A stretch of 64,000 bases of DNA from Candidatus Bathyarchaeota archaeon (GCA_963780185.1 CAWABA010000011.1:192001-256000); one strand, 5' to 3'. Counted from the first letter of the stretch, positions 41,089-52,023 are shown. The notes: a model not told the origin generated them from the sequence alone. Made by a program: numbers and translations.

Positions 41089-42090
41089 TTAACTTTTTAC
41101 AGATTGTATACTATTACCGAGGTGTTCCCTTTTACCCATGTAATTCTCTGCTTCTACAAAACGCTTCAAAAAGCTGAAAGAGTTTTCTTTTCCAATTTGC
41201 GAAAAAAGCGTTTTACGATCCTTCAAATAGAAAGGTACATACTTCAAGAAATCACTCCAGCCCTTCACTATATTTTTCGCATTCTTGAATCTCAAGTTGG
41301 ACACCTCTATCAAGAGCTCTGCGATCTGCGCTACCGCTAAAGGAATTGACAAGAAAACAACCTCATCGACTTTGGCGCAGACAAGCACGGTTGCGAAAAC
41401 AGTACGTGCGTTAAAATAGTAGGCTCGGGGACCCTTTATGCTTGAACCCCTTTTATGCATGCAGTAAACGTCATCAAGAACCTTTACATTTTTCCCTTTA
41501 AGGTCCAACCTCCAAGCCCACTCAATATCCTCATAGAAACCTATGTTTTGGTTAAATGGTGTTTCAAGGTAGACCTGCCGCTTTACAAGGCAGCACGCAA
41601 AAATGAAATAGAATGGTTTTTTGTCGCCGACTGAAGGAAAAAGCTTCGTCAGCAAAAGACCAAATAAGTCATACTCGTGAACATGAAAAAACGGCCATCC
41701 TAAGCCAGCATTTGCGTAGTGGCCTTCCCAATCAAGGCAGACTGGAACAGCGACATCCAACGATAAAGCCCGCGTTTTTTCCACTAGATTTTTTACAGTG
41801 TTGGGGAAAACCTTCACGTCTGCGCTAATCAACAAGACATAATTGCCTTTTGCCTTGGAAACGCCATATGTGTAGGCCTCATCTGCCCCCGGGTCAGCTC
41901 TAAACTTTACAAGTTTAACCCATGGAAAATTCTTTGCAATGTAGCCAGCGCTGCCGTCCTTGCTCCCGCAATCAAGAACGATAACTTCCATGTTCTTGAT
42001 GCTGCTCTTTGAGAGTTCGCTAAGAGTGGTTCCTATTATGTCAATATTGTTGAAGCTTAACATGACAGCCGAAACTAGAGGTTCAGTCAA
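41089..42090 (-). CDS. Glycosyltransferase family 2
   Basis: LDCGSKDGS, FYEDIEWAWR. Confidence 0.88.
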   Translation of the reverse strand: MTEPLVSAVMLSFNNIDIIGTTLSELSKSSIKNMEVIVLDCGSKDGSAGYIAKNFPWVKLVKFRADPGADEAYTYGVSKAKGNYVLLISADVKVFPNTVKNLVEKTRALSLDVAVPVCLDWEGHYANAGLGWPFFHVHEYDLFGLLLTKLFPSVGDKKPFYFIFACCLVKRQVYLETPFNQNIGFYEDIEWAWRLDLKGKNVKVLDDVYCMHKRGSSIKGPRAYYFNARTVFATVLVCAKVDEVVFLSIPLAVAQIAELLIEVSNLRFKNAKNIVKGWSDFLKYVPFYLKDRKTLFSQIGKENSFSFLKRFVEAENYMGKREHLGNSIQSVKS

Positions 42091-42297
42091 TAGGTAACTT
42101 CACTTTTGTTTTATATTTTGGGTTTATGTCAGTTACCAATCGTTGAGTATATTAGCATTTTGGGAGCCGTCGATATTCCAATGCTGCTTTAGTTACGTCG
42201 ATTTTCACATCGTTATCTCAAATAAGCCGAAAATAGCTTTAATAACAAATTTCAGGTAGAATACAAAGACAAGGGCAACTCTATGGATAAAGGGTAA

Positions 42298-43146
42298 TTG
42301 ATGGTGCGCTATCTTCTATACTACACTTTTCACCGTGCCGATGCAGTGTCACTACACCGTTTGATGCGATTGAAAAATATGAATCCTGATGTGACGGTTG
42401 CCCCCGTTTTCGGGGTTGCACAAACCATCAGTTTTCCCATTCCTAAACTTCCTAAAAGATACAAGGATAACTTTGACTGGGTAGCTAGCAGGTCAAACAA
42501 GCTTTTGAAACTAACAAGAGCAATAGACACATCCGTAGAGTCCTTCCGACGCAGAAGTGAACTTCAAGCAATTGCCGCCTCGCTTCAGAAATCTGGGTTA
42601 AGCCTTTACTGTGATTTTACGCCTGTCGGAAAAATCAATCAAGACTTAGTTATTGTTAACTGGTTTGCACGGCAAGGAAAAGACTACGACTTCGATTATC
42701 TAGTCTACGTCGAATACGACGTTTTCATGACTAAAACGCTTGAAGAGTTGTATGCCCCCTACTTAGGGTTTGACGCTGGGTTCGTTGATTATCGCAAGGC
42801 TGAACCAACGTGGCTATGGTACGATTACCCACCTGGCTCTAAAAAATCAGTTCTAAAATGGCTAGAAAACCATAACGCAAGACCGATTATTTACGGTGGG
42901 TTCTTCCCCTGCCATTTCCTTTCCCGCAAAGTTCTGGAGAAACTTGTCGACCTAGAGTTTCCGTCGGCGTTTAACGAGATGCGGTTGCCTTCAGTTACTA
43001 CTGGTCTAGGCTTCTCTGTTGCTCGCCTTGACTTTCCAATGGTTCATACGCCCGGAGTTAACGGGGCTGGGATTTCAGAAGCTGAAATTAAAGCAAATGT
43101 GTCGTCTGGTGTTTTTCATCCTGTTTACGCTGACTTTGAGCTCTAA
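42298..43146 (+). CDS. Hypothetical protein, possible divergent GT-A glycosyltransferase
   Basis: FDYLVYVEYDV, NEMRLPS, VFHPV; lies in the glycosylation cluster. Confidence 0.6.
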   Translation: MMVRYLLYYTFHRADAVSLHRLMRLKNMNPDVTVAPVFGVAQTISFPIPKLPKRYKDNFDWVASRSNKLLKLTRAIDTSVESFRRRSELQAIAASLQKSGLSLYCDFTPVGKINQDLVIVNWFARQGKDYDFDYLVYVEYDVFMTKTLEELYAPYLGFDAGFVDYRKAEPTWLWYDYPPGSKKSVLKWLENHNARPIIYGGFFPCHFLSRKVLEKLVDLEFPSAFNEMRLPSVTTGLGFSVARLDFPMVHTPGVNGAGISEAEIKANVSSGVFHPVYADFEL

Positions 43147-43215
43147 ATTCTGGTCGAAAGGCTTAATCGGTCGAAGGCATATGCTGATTTAAGCAATGCA
43201 AATACGGGTGGACGG

Positions 43216-44532
43216 TTGAGGACTGGAATCTTCGGCGGGGGGCTAACGGGATTAACGTTGAGTTACCTGTTAAACCAAAAAGGCATCGACGTCGAGATTC
43301 TGGAGAAGGAGCCTGAACTGGGAGGATTAATGAGGACCCTAAGAGAAGATGGGTTTACTTTTGATTGGGGCGGCTCCCATATTATTTTCTCGAAAAACAA
43401 AGACGCACTGAGTTTTATCTTAAACCTTCTCGGCGAAAACAAAATCTGCAAAAAACGAAACACAAAGATTCTCTACAATTGTTCGTACGTTAAATACCCG
43501 TTTGAGAATGGGTTGGCGGATTTGCCTAAGCAAGACAATTTTGATTGCCTCTTCTCTTTCATCGAAAACTTGCTTGCCAAAGAAAAGGGCGAGCTTAAAA
43601 AACCTGAAAACATGAAAGAATGGTTCTACTACACTTTCGGCAGGGGCATCGCCGAGAAATACCTTGTTCCATATAACCTGAAGATTTGGAAGCATCCGTT
43701 AGAGGATATGACTTTGGAGTGGGTGGAACGTGTCCCGAATCCTCCTGTTGCCGACGTCGTGAAGTCTTCTCTTGGCATAGAGACGGAAGGGTACACTCAT
43801 CAATCAAACTTTTACTATCCCCTCCGAGGCGGCATTCAAAGCGTAATTGAGTCGTTAGCCCGGCATGCTCAAGGAAACATAACTGCTGGTTTTGAAGTTA
43901 AAAAAGTCCGTAAAGAAGATGGCTGCTGGGTTGTCACGGACGGGAAACAGCAAAGAGTCTACGACAAAATCGTTTCCACGATGCCAATTCAAGACTTAGT
44001 TAAAGCAATGGATGCCCCAAAGCAAGTCAGAGCCGCCGCCAAAGATTTGAAGTTCAATTCCTTGGTCAGTGTGATGTTGGGATTGAATAATGCGAAGCTT
44101 AACGATCTATCTTGGCTGTACATTCCAGAAAAAACTTCGCTGCCGCACCGCGTAAGTTTTCCTTCCAACTATAGCCCTATGGGTGACGCCTGAAGGGAAA
44201 TCCTCGGTTCTTGCCGAAATAACCTGCAAAAAAGACGATGCCACATGGAAAATGAAAGATGAGGAAATCATAAGTCAGGTAATCGAAGATTTGCATCGGC
44301 TGGGCATAGTGGATAAGAAAACCGTTTGTTTCGCCAAAGCTAAACGTTCAACCTATGCTTACGTCCTGACTGACATGGAATATGAAGAGAACCTGAAAAC
44401 CATCAAAAAATACGTTAACGAAGCGGGGATTGATCTTCTTGGAAGGTTTTCAGAGTTCAAGTATCTGAACATGGATAACTTGCGTTGAGAACGCGCATGA
44501 ATTACATGAAGGAGAAGTTCAAAGACAGTTGA
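43216..44532 (+). CDS. FAD-dependent oxidoreductase (UDP-galactopyranose mutase/HemY-like); frameshifted
   Basis: GGGLTGL, FDWGGSHI, PYNLKIW, FYYPLRGG, GRFSEFKYLNMD; shifts near 44180 and 44480-44497. Confidence 0.8.
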
Positions 44533-44545
44533 CGGCGATGAGGCA

Positions 44546-46111
44546 GTGACGATTAAGCTAAGGATGGATGTGGATTACCCTTACCCGTCGAGGTCCAAAA
44601 GTTTCCTTTACGTTACCTTAGGAATCAAAAACAGGAAAGGCAATGGCTACCTCAAGAACGCCCGCATCATCGCCAAAATGATTAACGAGTCGCCTAAGGA
44701 TGTTAAGGCTTACTGGTTCTTCACGCCGTACACGATTCCAGACAAGAAACTGCTTGATTTGCTCAACCCCCGAACGACATGAAGTTGCGTTGCACATTGC
44801 GACGGACCCCTATCAGGGAATGGAAAATCCTTGAAAACGAAACCGACAGAACCGTAAAGTACTACACCATCCACGGGACTTCGCGGCTTTTTGCCCAGCT
44901 TATTTGGGGACGAAAAATAGGCCAAAAACAAGCCACGATACCTCCTGATTTTCCCTTGAAATGTTTCCAAGACGAACAGGAATTCAAAACGTTCAGCATG
45001 GACAGAATACGGTTTCAGGTGGGTTTTGAAAAAGGCAAAGCCGAAGTTGAGGCATGGATAAAACAGGGCTTCATCGTTTCGATGCATCCTGAGTGGCTGT
45101 TCAAGAAAGGGTCGGATAGAGGTCCCTTCTACGACGTACTTAAAGATCTTCTAGAGGCGGACAAGGACCTTGATGTTTTGCAGGTGAGAAAGAACGCCTT
45201 TGCCAATGTGGCGCGCTCCATCAAGGAGTACGAATTAGACAATGCTCCCTCCGAAGACTTCCTTGAAAAGCTCTCTGAACACGGCGTTGACGTCTTCACT
45301 TTTCTGGAGCGAAAATGGTGCTGCCCCAATCCCCAATCCGCCAGGCACCTGGGAAAAGAAACGAAGACAACGTCGCCTTGCTTGAAATAAAAGACTATGC
45401 CGGCTGGTGGAGCGACGTTGGAAAGAAAACGCGTAACATGGTTAAGAAGGCTGAGAAAAGCGGCATAAAAGTATCAGTCGCGGAGCCAAGCGAGCAGTTC
45501 GCAGAAGGCATATCAAAAATCTACAATGAAACCCCCATCAGGCAAGGGACGAGCCTTTCCGCATTTTGGCGAACCGCTGGAAACGGTTGCTGGCAACATG
45601 TACGCAGGCGCCAAAAACTCCACCTTCATAGGAGCCTACCTCAACGAAGAACTCGTTGGCATTATCCAAATGGTGTACGGCGACAACATAGCCATCATCT
45701 CCCAGATACTCTCCATGCAGAAGCACTGGGACAAAGCAGTGAACAACGCACTTTTGGCCAAGGCGGTCGAAGTTTGCGTATCCAAAGGGCAGCGATGGCT
45801 CATGTACGGCAGAATCGGTAATCATCCCTCGCTGGACAGGTTTAAGGAAAGCAACGGCTTCGTCAGCTATCCGATAACGCGTTTCTATGTGCCTTTAACG
45901 TGGAAAGGCAGGGTCGCCGTTCACTTAGGTTTGCACAGAGGAGCTCAAAGATGCGTTGCCTCAGTCGCTGAAGGATAGGCTTATTCCAGTTATGAATTGG
46001 ATCAGCCGCAGCAGAACCCGACTGCGAAGCAAACCCGAAGTGAAATCTGAGGAATCGGATCAGCGAGCCAAACCCGAAGCGACAGACGAAACTGCTGAAG
46101 AGAAATCTTGA
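44546..46111 (+). CDS. Putative deacetylase-like plus GNAT/FemAB-like fusion protein; multiple frameshifts
   Basis: LRMDVD, HEVALH, IHG, MHPEW, then KKTRNMVKKAEKSG..SLDRFKESNGF spread over four overlapping ORFs. Confidence 0.6.
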
Positions 46112-46153
46112 TTAGGACAAAAAACCGCTGTGTAGGGTGAGAGGGACAAGCAG

Positions 46154-47305
46154 CTGGCAAAATTCCTGGTTATTCATCCGAACTTGGATATTTACGGCGG
46201 CGGAGAGCGCGTCTGCCACCACGTTTTGAAATCGTTGCTTGAACACGGCGAACATGTGGAACTGTTGACTTTCGACTTTGACCCTGTTCGTTACATGCAG
46301 ATTATGGGTGAAAAACTGCCTGAAAACGTCGTCGTGCACAGCTTAGGAAAACGAATAGATGTTAAGCCCCCGTTCACCGTTTACAAGAGACGTAGCAGAA
46401 TCATCAAGCTAACTAAAAAAATCAAAAATTTAGATTACGACGTTGCGTTTTCCACTCAGACCCTCACAGCTTTTGAGTCGGCGCTGTTTAGCGAGACAAA
46501 ACGGAACATTGCATATGTGCATTTCCCAGAAATCCATCACCGCTACCTGAACTCGGGGCGATTGAAGAAAGTTTACTATTGGCCATATCAGCGTTGGCTT
46601 GATAAAGACATCAGCAAGCTGAACTTGATCTTCTGCAACAGCAACTACACCAAAGGCATGATTGAGAAATACTGGGGCAAAGACGGAATCCCCGAACCCA
46701 TCGTTGCCTATCCACCCGTCGACTTGGACCCCTTCTGGAACAAAAGCCCGCTTAAAGACCGTTCCAAACAGGTAATCTACGTTGGGCGTTTTATCCCGCA
46801 GAAACGGCACGAGCTAATGAAAAAGCTCGCAATTGACCTTCCCCAAGTCCAGTTCCTAAGCGTAGGCGGCTTGCGGGACACGGAGCAGGAATGGTTTGAA
46901 GCCTTCTCAAAGGATCTTCCAGCCAACTACATTCTTAAGCCGAACGTGCCAAACGAAGAATTAGCGGCGATCTACAAGGAATCTCGAGTTTACTGCCACT
47001 TGATGGAGGGCGAGCATTTCGGGATTACACCGATGGAAGCCTTGGCAAGCGGATGCGTGACGCTGCCCCACAAGAGCGGCGGAACAGGCGAGTTTATCCC
47101 CGACGATTTCAGGTGGCAAACCTACGACGACCTCAAAGAAAAAATATCCCGCTGGGTCGAACCTACGCAGCTCGACAGCGACGTCTGGGACAAGCTACGG
47201 GAAGAGTTATGGGGTAAAATCTCCGTCTTGCAGCCTAAAGTTTTTCGGGAGAAAATCTGGGCGCATGTGCAGCGGCTGATGCAGCAGACAGAAAATGATA
47301 ACTAG
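46154..47305 (+). CDS. Glycosyltransferase family 4 (ALG11-like)
   Basis: HPNLDIYGGGERV, YVHFP, NSNYT, EHFGITPMEA; the first strand requires a CTG start. Confidence 0.88.
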   Translation: MAKFLVIHPNLDIYGGGERVCHHVLKSLLEHGEHVELLTFDFDPVRYMQIMGEKLPENVVVHSLGKRIDVKPPFTVYKRRSRIIKLTKKIKNLDYDVAFSTQTLTAFESALFSETKRNIAYVHFPEIHHRYLNSGRLKKVYYWPYQRWLDKDISKLNLIFCNSNYTKGMIEKYWGKDGIPEPIVAYPPVDLDPFWNKSPLKDRSKQVIYVGRFIPQKRHELMKKLAIDLPQVQFLSVGGLRDTEQEWFEAFSKDLPANYILKPNVPNEELAAIYKESRVYCHLMEGEHFGITPMEALASGCVTLPHKSGGTGEFIPDDFRWQTYDDLKEKISRWVEPTQLDSDVWDKLREELWGKISVLQPKVFREKIWAHVQRLMQQTENDN

Positions 47306-47404
47306 CCAGAACATAACAGTTAAACACGATGCTGAAACACCAGCCGACAGAGGCAACCCACAGCATGCATAAGGCTCAAAAACTCGAAGAGGCGAGGGTT
47401 TAGC

Positions 47405-48628
47405 ATGAAAGTATTGTATTTGGCGAACCCTCTTATGGGTGGAACAGGCGGGGACAGGCGAAGCTTCGAAGTTCTCAGCCGAGTTGAGCAGCACGGAGTA
47501 GACCCTGTTATTGCAGTGGACGATTTCGTGTTGAAAAAGATGAAGAGCGAAGGAAACCCGCTTTGCCAACGCCACAAAATCTACAGCATTAAACGTCCCA
47601 ACGTTATCTATGACAAATACTTCCGAAGTGCCAGCCGAGCCGCGCTGGATTGCATTTCAATTTATGAAACCGCCAACACAATAGCCAGCATAGCGCGGGC
47701 CGAACGGGTTGAATTCATAGTTTCTCACCATGAAAAAACCGATTTCATGCTTGAAGCCTGCTTCGCCGCAAAAAAACTCCGTCTCCCTTGGACCTGCCTC
47801 TTTCAGCTTCCCCTTTTCCCGCCATACGCCTCAACCGAATGGCGAGTCGTCAGAGGTGCACGCAAACTCTACATGTACGCCCTCTACTCACGGCTGTACA
47901 CTGTAGTTGCAAAAGCATTAAAATCCACTGTGCCGTTGGCTGTCAGCCCTTCCATAGAACTTGAAACCAAAAGCTTCCTCGGCAAAAGCATCAAAATGTA
48001 TGTTCTTCGTCCCGGCGTGGGCGTGGATAACGAAAAAATGCAAAAAGTTGAGGCTGCCCAAGAGCGGGTAGATGCTTTTTTCTTTTCAAGGCTTGCTCCC
48101 GAAAAAGGAATCTATGATTTGCCGCAAATAGCTTCCGAAATGGCGAAGACTAAGCCTGACTTGAAGTTTTTGTTCGGTGGGCGGTTCGGCGCGGTTTTAT
48201 TCCAGAAAAACTTTGAAAGTTTAGCAGCGAAAAATCAGCTTGGTGAACGCTTGGTGTACAAGGGGTTTCTTGGGCAAGTGGAGCTTTACGGGTTTGCGAA
48301 GGCAGCCAAAGTCTTGGTTTACCCCAGTCGGCACGATGCGTTTCCTCTGGTTGTTCTCGAAACCCTTGCGTGCGGCACACCCGTCGTCGCCTACGGCATT
48401 CCAGCAATAACGTCTAATTTTCCAGCGGATGTGGTTAAGCCAGTTCCCGTGGGAAACTTTGAGCAGATTGCTGCTGAGGCATTAAAAATCATTAACAATC
48501 CGGACCTTAGAGTGGAGCTTTCTCGAAAAGCCAAGGCTTTCACAGCGCAATATTCGTGGGCTAACGTGGCGGCGGCGGAAGTTGAAGCCTACAGCAGGGT
48601 ATTTGAAAAATTCAAGAATCCTGCCTAA
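47405..48628 (+). CDS. Glycosyltransferase family 4
   Basis: SRLAPEKG, DAFPLVVLETLACGTPVV. Confidence 0.9.
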   Translation: MKVLYLANPLMGGTGGDRRSFEVLSRVEQHGVDPVIAVDDFVLKKMKSEGNPLCQRHKIYSIKRPNVIYDKYFRSASRAALDCISIYETANTIASIARAERVEFIVSHHEKTDFMLEACFAAKKLRLPWTCLFQLPLFPPYASTEWRVVRGARKLYMYALYSRLYTVVAKALKSTVPLAVSPSIELETKSFLGKSIKMYVLRPGVGVDNEKMQKVEAAQERVDAFFFSRLAPEKGIYDLPQIASEMAKTKPDLKFLFGGRFGAVLFQKNFESLAAKNQLGERLVYKGFLGQVELYGFAKAAKVLVYPSRHDAFPLVVLETLACGTPVVAYGIPAITSNFPADVVKPVPVGNFEQIAAEALKIINNPDLRVELSRKAKAFTAQYSWANVAAAEVEAYSRVFEKFKNPA

Positions 48629-48634
48629 GCCAAA

Positions 48635-48904
48635 TCAGAGCAGCATTGCCGCGAGGACTCGGTTTAGTTCTTCTCGGTTTTTGACGCCGCGGAAGATGGC
48701 TTTTCCGCTTGTGTAAAGTCGGAAAGAAAAGTCTTCGAATGTGAGCTCAAAAATTATCCCAGCGATTTTGTTGTTTACGGTGGCTTTCTTTAGGATGTTG
48801 GCGATGGCTTCATCTTTCTTTTCGTATTTAAAGAACACGATGACGTCTTTTTCAGCGCCGCATGTTCCCTCTACCCGTGCCACATAGTCGTCAAGAGTCG
48901 CCAT
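48635..48904 (-). CDS. Small single-Cys hypothetical protein, translationally coupled to sufS
   Basis: TAATG stop/start overlap; GTCG and FRLYTSGKAIFRG motifs. Confidence 0.75.
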   Translation of the reverse strand: MATLDDYVARVEGTCGAEKDVIVFFKYEKKDEAIANILKKATVNNKIAGIIFELTFEDFSFRLYTSGKAIFRGVKNREELNRVLAAMLL

Positions 48905-50135
48905 TATAGTCCCTCAATCTCCTTGAGCACCTCAACGAAACGGTCAATTTCTTCTCGTGTATTGTAAATATAGAAGCTCGCTCTCGCGGAGGAATGAAGT
49001 TTGAGGATTTCTTGGTGCAGGGGCTGGGCGCAGTGGTAGCCGCTTCTTATCATTATGCCGTAGTTGTCGCAGATGAGGGCAACATCATGTGAGGATAAGC
49101 CTTCAATGCTGAATGATATGATGCCGCATCTTTTCGTGAGGTCGCTGGAGCCATGAATCGTGACTTTTCTGCATTCCCCCATGCGTTCAAACGCGTATCT
49201 GGTTAGATCTTTCTCGTGGCTTACAACGTTATCCATCCCAACAGCTTCCAGGTACTTCACGGCTTCGCCTAAGCCGATTGCGCCGCAGATGTTAGGGGTT
49301 CCTGCTTCAAACTTCCACGGCAACTCATTTAAAGTTATGCTGCATCCGCCCTGCGGCTAAACTCCACTTCTTTAATCATTTCGCCCCCACCTTCGAACGG
49401 CGGCATCGCTTCAAGCAAAGCCTTTTTGCCGTAAAACACGCCGATTCCCGTGGGTCCAAGCATTTTGTGACCTGAAAAAGCCAGAAAATCCATATCCAAA
49501 TCCTGAACGTCAACAGTCAAGTGTGGCATAGACTGGGCACCGTCTACAAGCATTAACGAGCCGTTGTCGTGGGCTGCCTTCGTGATGCGTTTAACGTCAT
49601 TGATTACTCCCGTGACGTTTGAAACTTGGCTTAAACAGGCGATTTTAGTTTTTTTGGAGAATTTAGCTTCGAAATCTTCATAGTCCAGGGTTCCGTCGGC
49701 TTTGACGTTGGCGTATTTGACGGTGAACCCTCTGAGTTTGGCGGTGATTTCCCAGGGCACAATGTTACTGTGGTGTTCCATCAGAGAAACCAGCACTTCA
49801 TCTCCTTTGCCAAGGTTGCTTAGCCCCCAAGAATATGCAACCAAGTTGATGGCTTCGGTTGTGCCTCTGACAAAAACAACCTCAGAGGATTCCTTTGCGT
49901 TTATGAATTTTGAGATTATTTCCCGCGACTTCTCGTATAGGTCAGTGGCTTCCGACGATAAGGTATGGACTGAGCGGTGGATGTTGGCGTTGTGGTTTTC
50001 GTAAAAGTCGATTTCAGCGTTTATCACTTGGCGGGGTTTCTGGGTGGTTGCGGCATTGTCAAAGTAGATCAAGGGGTAGTTGTTGACTTTGCGTTTGAGT
50101 ATCGGGAAATCCTGTCGAATCGCTTGTAAATCCAC
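48904..50135 (-). CDS. sufS: Group II cysteine desulfurase; frameshift near 49355
   Basis: YFDNAATTQKP, MEHHSN, DGAQS, SGHKM, FEAGTP, RSGYHCAQP, RASF. Confidence 0.92.
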
Positions 50136-50137
50136 GA

Positions 50138-50650
50138 TTACTTCTCTGCCTTCTCTTCTGTCTTAAGCCTTTTGGACAGCAACTTCGCCAGCTCTTCCTC
50201 TTCCAACGCCTGTTTTTCTTCAAACGTGTTTTCCGCAGGCATCCAGTTGGGAATTGCCACATTTCTCTGCTTAAAATACTGCCGTATCGCACGCTTCAAT
50301 GCGCCGACGGCGAGGACTCCGCAGTGGAATTTGACGCTGGGTAAACCGCCGATTTCCTCCGTGACTCTCTTCCAAGTAACGTCTTCCCATGCCTTTTCAA
50401 GACTTAAGCCCTTAATCATTTCCGTAACGATGCTGGATGTGGCGATGTTTGCGGCGCAGCCGTAGCTTTCAAAACTGGCTTTCTCGATGATGTCTTTGTC
50501 AGTTATTTTCAGGTAAAAGGTTATCATGTCACCGCAAGCTGGGTTCCCAGCCACGGCTACAACGGTGGCGTCATCCATTTTTCCAAGGTTCTTGGGGTTT
50601 CTAAATAAATCCATAACTTTCATGTTGTAAGGTAACGGTATACGCGACAT
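50138..50650 (-). CDS. iscU: IscU-type Fe-S scaffold with acidic C-terminal extension
   Basis: GNPACGD, YGCAA, LPSVKFHC. Confidence 0.92.
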   Translation of the reverse strand: MSRIPLPYNMKVMDLFRNPKNLGKMDDATVVAVAGNPACGDMITFYLKITDKDIIEKASFESYGCAANIATSSIVTEMIKGLSLEKAWEDVTWKRVTEEIGGLPSVKFHCGVLAVGALKRAIRQYFKQRNVAIPNWMPAENTFEEKQALEEEELAKLLSKRLKTEEKAEK

Positions 50651-51875
50651 CTAATCAACTCCTGTCGAGCCAACTATCCCCCGAATACGATTCACTGACG
50701 GCGGCAAAACCTTTAGGACGTAATCTATGTCTTCGGCTGATTGGTAACGCGTTGTTTTCATAAGGATGCTGCCGTGTGCTTCGCTGAATCTGCGTCCTAT
50801 GGCAACGAGAACGTGGCTTGGCTGAAGCAGTCTTCGGCTGCAGGCGCTGCCGCTGGAAACGTAGACACCTTTTAAGCTTAACTCAATTGTTAGTGCTTCG
50901 CCTTCTGCACGCAGGATGCTTATGTTTGCATTGTCTGGCGCTCGTTTGTCTCCTTTTGGACCGTTGAAGCGAAGGTCGTCGAGTTCTGCGAATATGCCGT
51001 CTACAAGTTTGTCGCGGAGCATACGCATTTTGGCGACGTTTGCGTCGAAGTTTTGGAATGCCAACTCGGAAGCCTTTGTGAAGCCGACGATTAGAGGGGT
51101 GTTTTCGACTCCTGGCCAAAGTTTCTGTGTGCCGATTTGTCCTTCAAGAATGCGTTCCATGTTTATTCCTTCTCGAAGGTACATGGCTCCCATTCCGCGT
51201 GGACCCAAAATCTTGTAGCTGCTAAGTGTCGCTAAGTCAACTTTTAAGTCTTGCACATTTAATGGTATTCTGCCATAGGCGTCGGAGGCGTCTGTGTGAA
51301 AGAGGGTTTCATGGTTTTTCGCTTTAACGATGTCAACTGCTTCCTTAATTGGCTGCACCGTGCCTATCTCGTTATTTACTGCTGAAATGCTTACAAGAAC
51401 GGTTTCGTTGTCAACTGCTTCTTTGAGCTTCTCAAGGTTGATGAAGCCTTCAGGGTTAACTGGGATATTCTGCATTGTGAACCCGAACTTCTGCATCATC
51501 TCCGCAACCTGCAAAACGTTGATAGGCTCTATTTCGGAGATGACTATTTTTTTGCCTATGGTTTTTCCGCGCGAAGCATGTACCCATGATTGCAAGGTTG
51601 TTTGCTTCTGTTTCGCCTGGCGTGAATGTGATGTCTTCGAGGTTTTTTGCGCCGATGGATTTGCTGATTTTCTGGAAGCAGTTCATTATGACTTCAAAGG
51701 CTTCCCAGCCTGGCTTGTGGGTAAGCGTCGGGTTACCGTAGGCTTTCTTGTTAAAGTAAGGCAACATCTCGTCAACGACTTCTTGGGGAACAATGCTTGA
51801 GTTTTCGTTGTCTAAGTAAACCTCGTGTGTTATGCCTTCATGCAACTTTAGGAGTTCCTTCACGTTTTCAACCAT
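50651..51875 (-). CDS. IscS/NifS-like protein with a degenerate active site; frameshift near 51563
   Basis: Group I fold motifs (YGNP, NNEIGT, SSGSACS), but many catalytic residues are substituted. Confidence 0.85.
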
Positions 51876-52023
51876 ACAGTATCCTACCAATCTAAAGGGG
51901 GTTAGATAACTCGTCACTTGCTAGTATCTAGTTCAAATAGAAAAACGTAGCTGAAAAAACATCAGCGGAGTCGCCAACACTATTAAACTAGCATATTCAA
52001 TAAACTGTTTGAATGGCGAGTTA

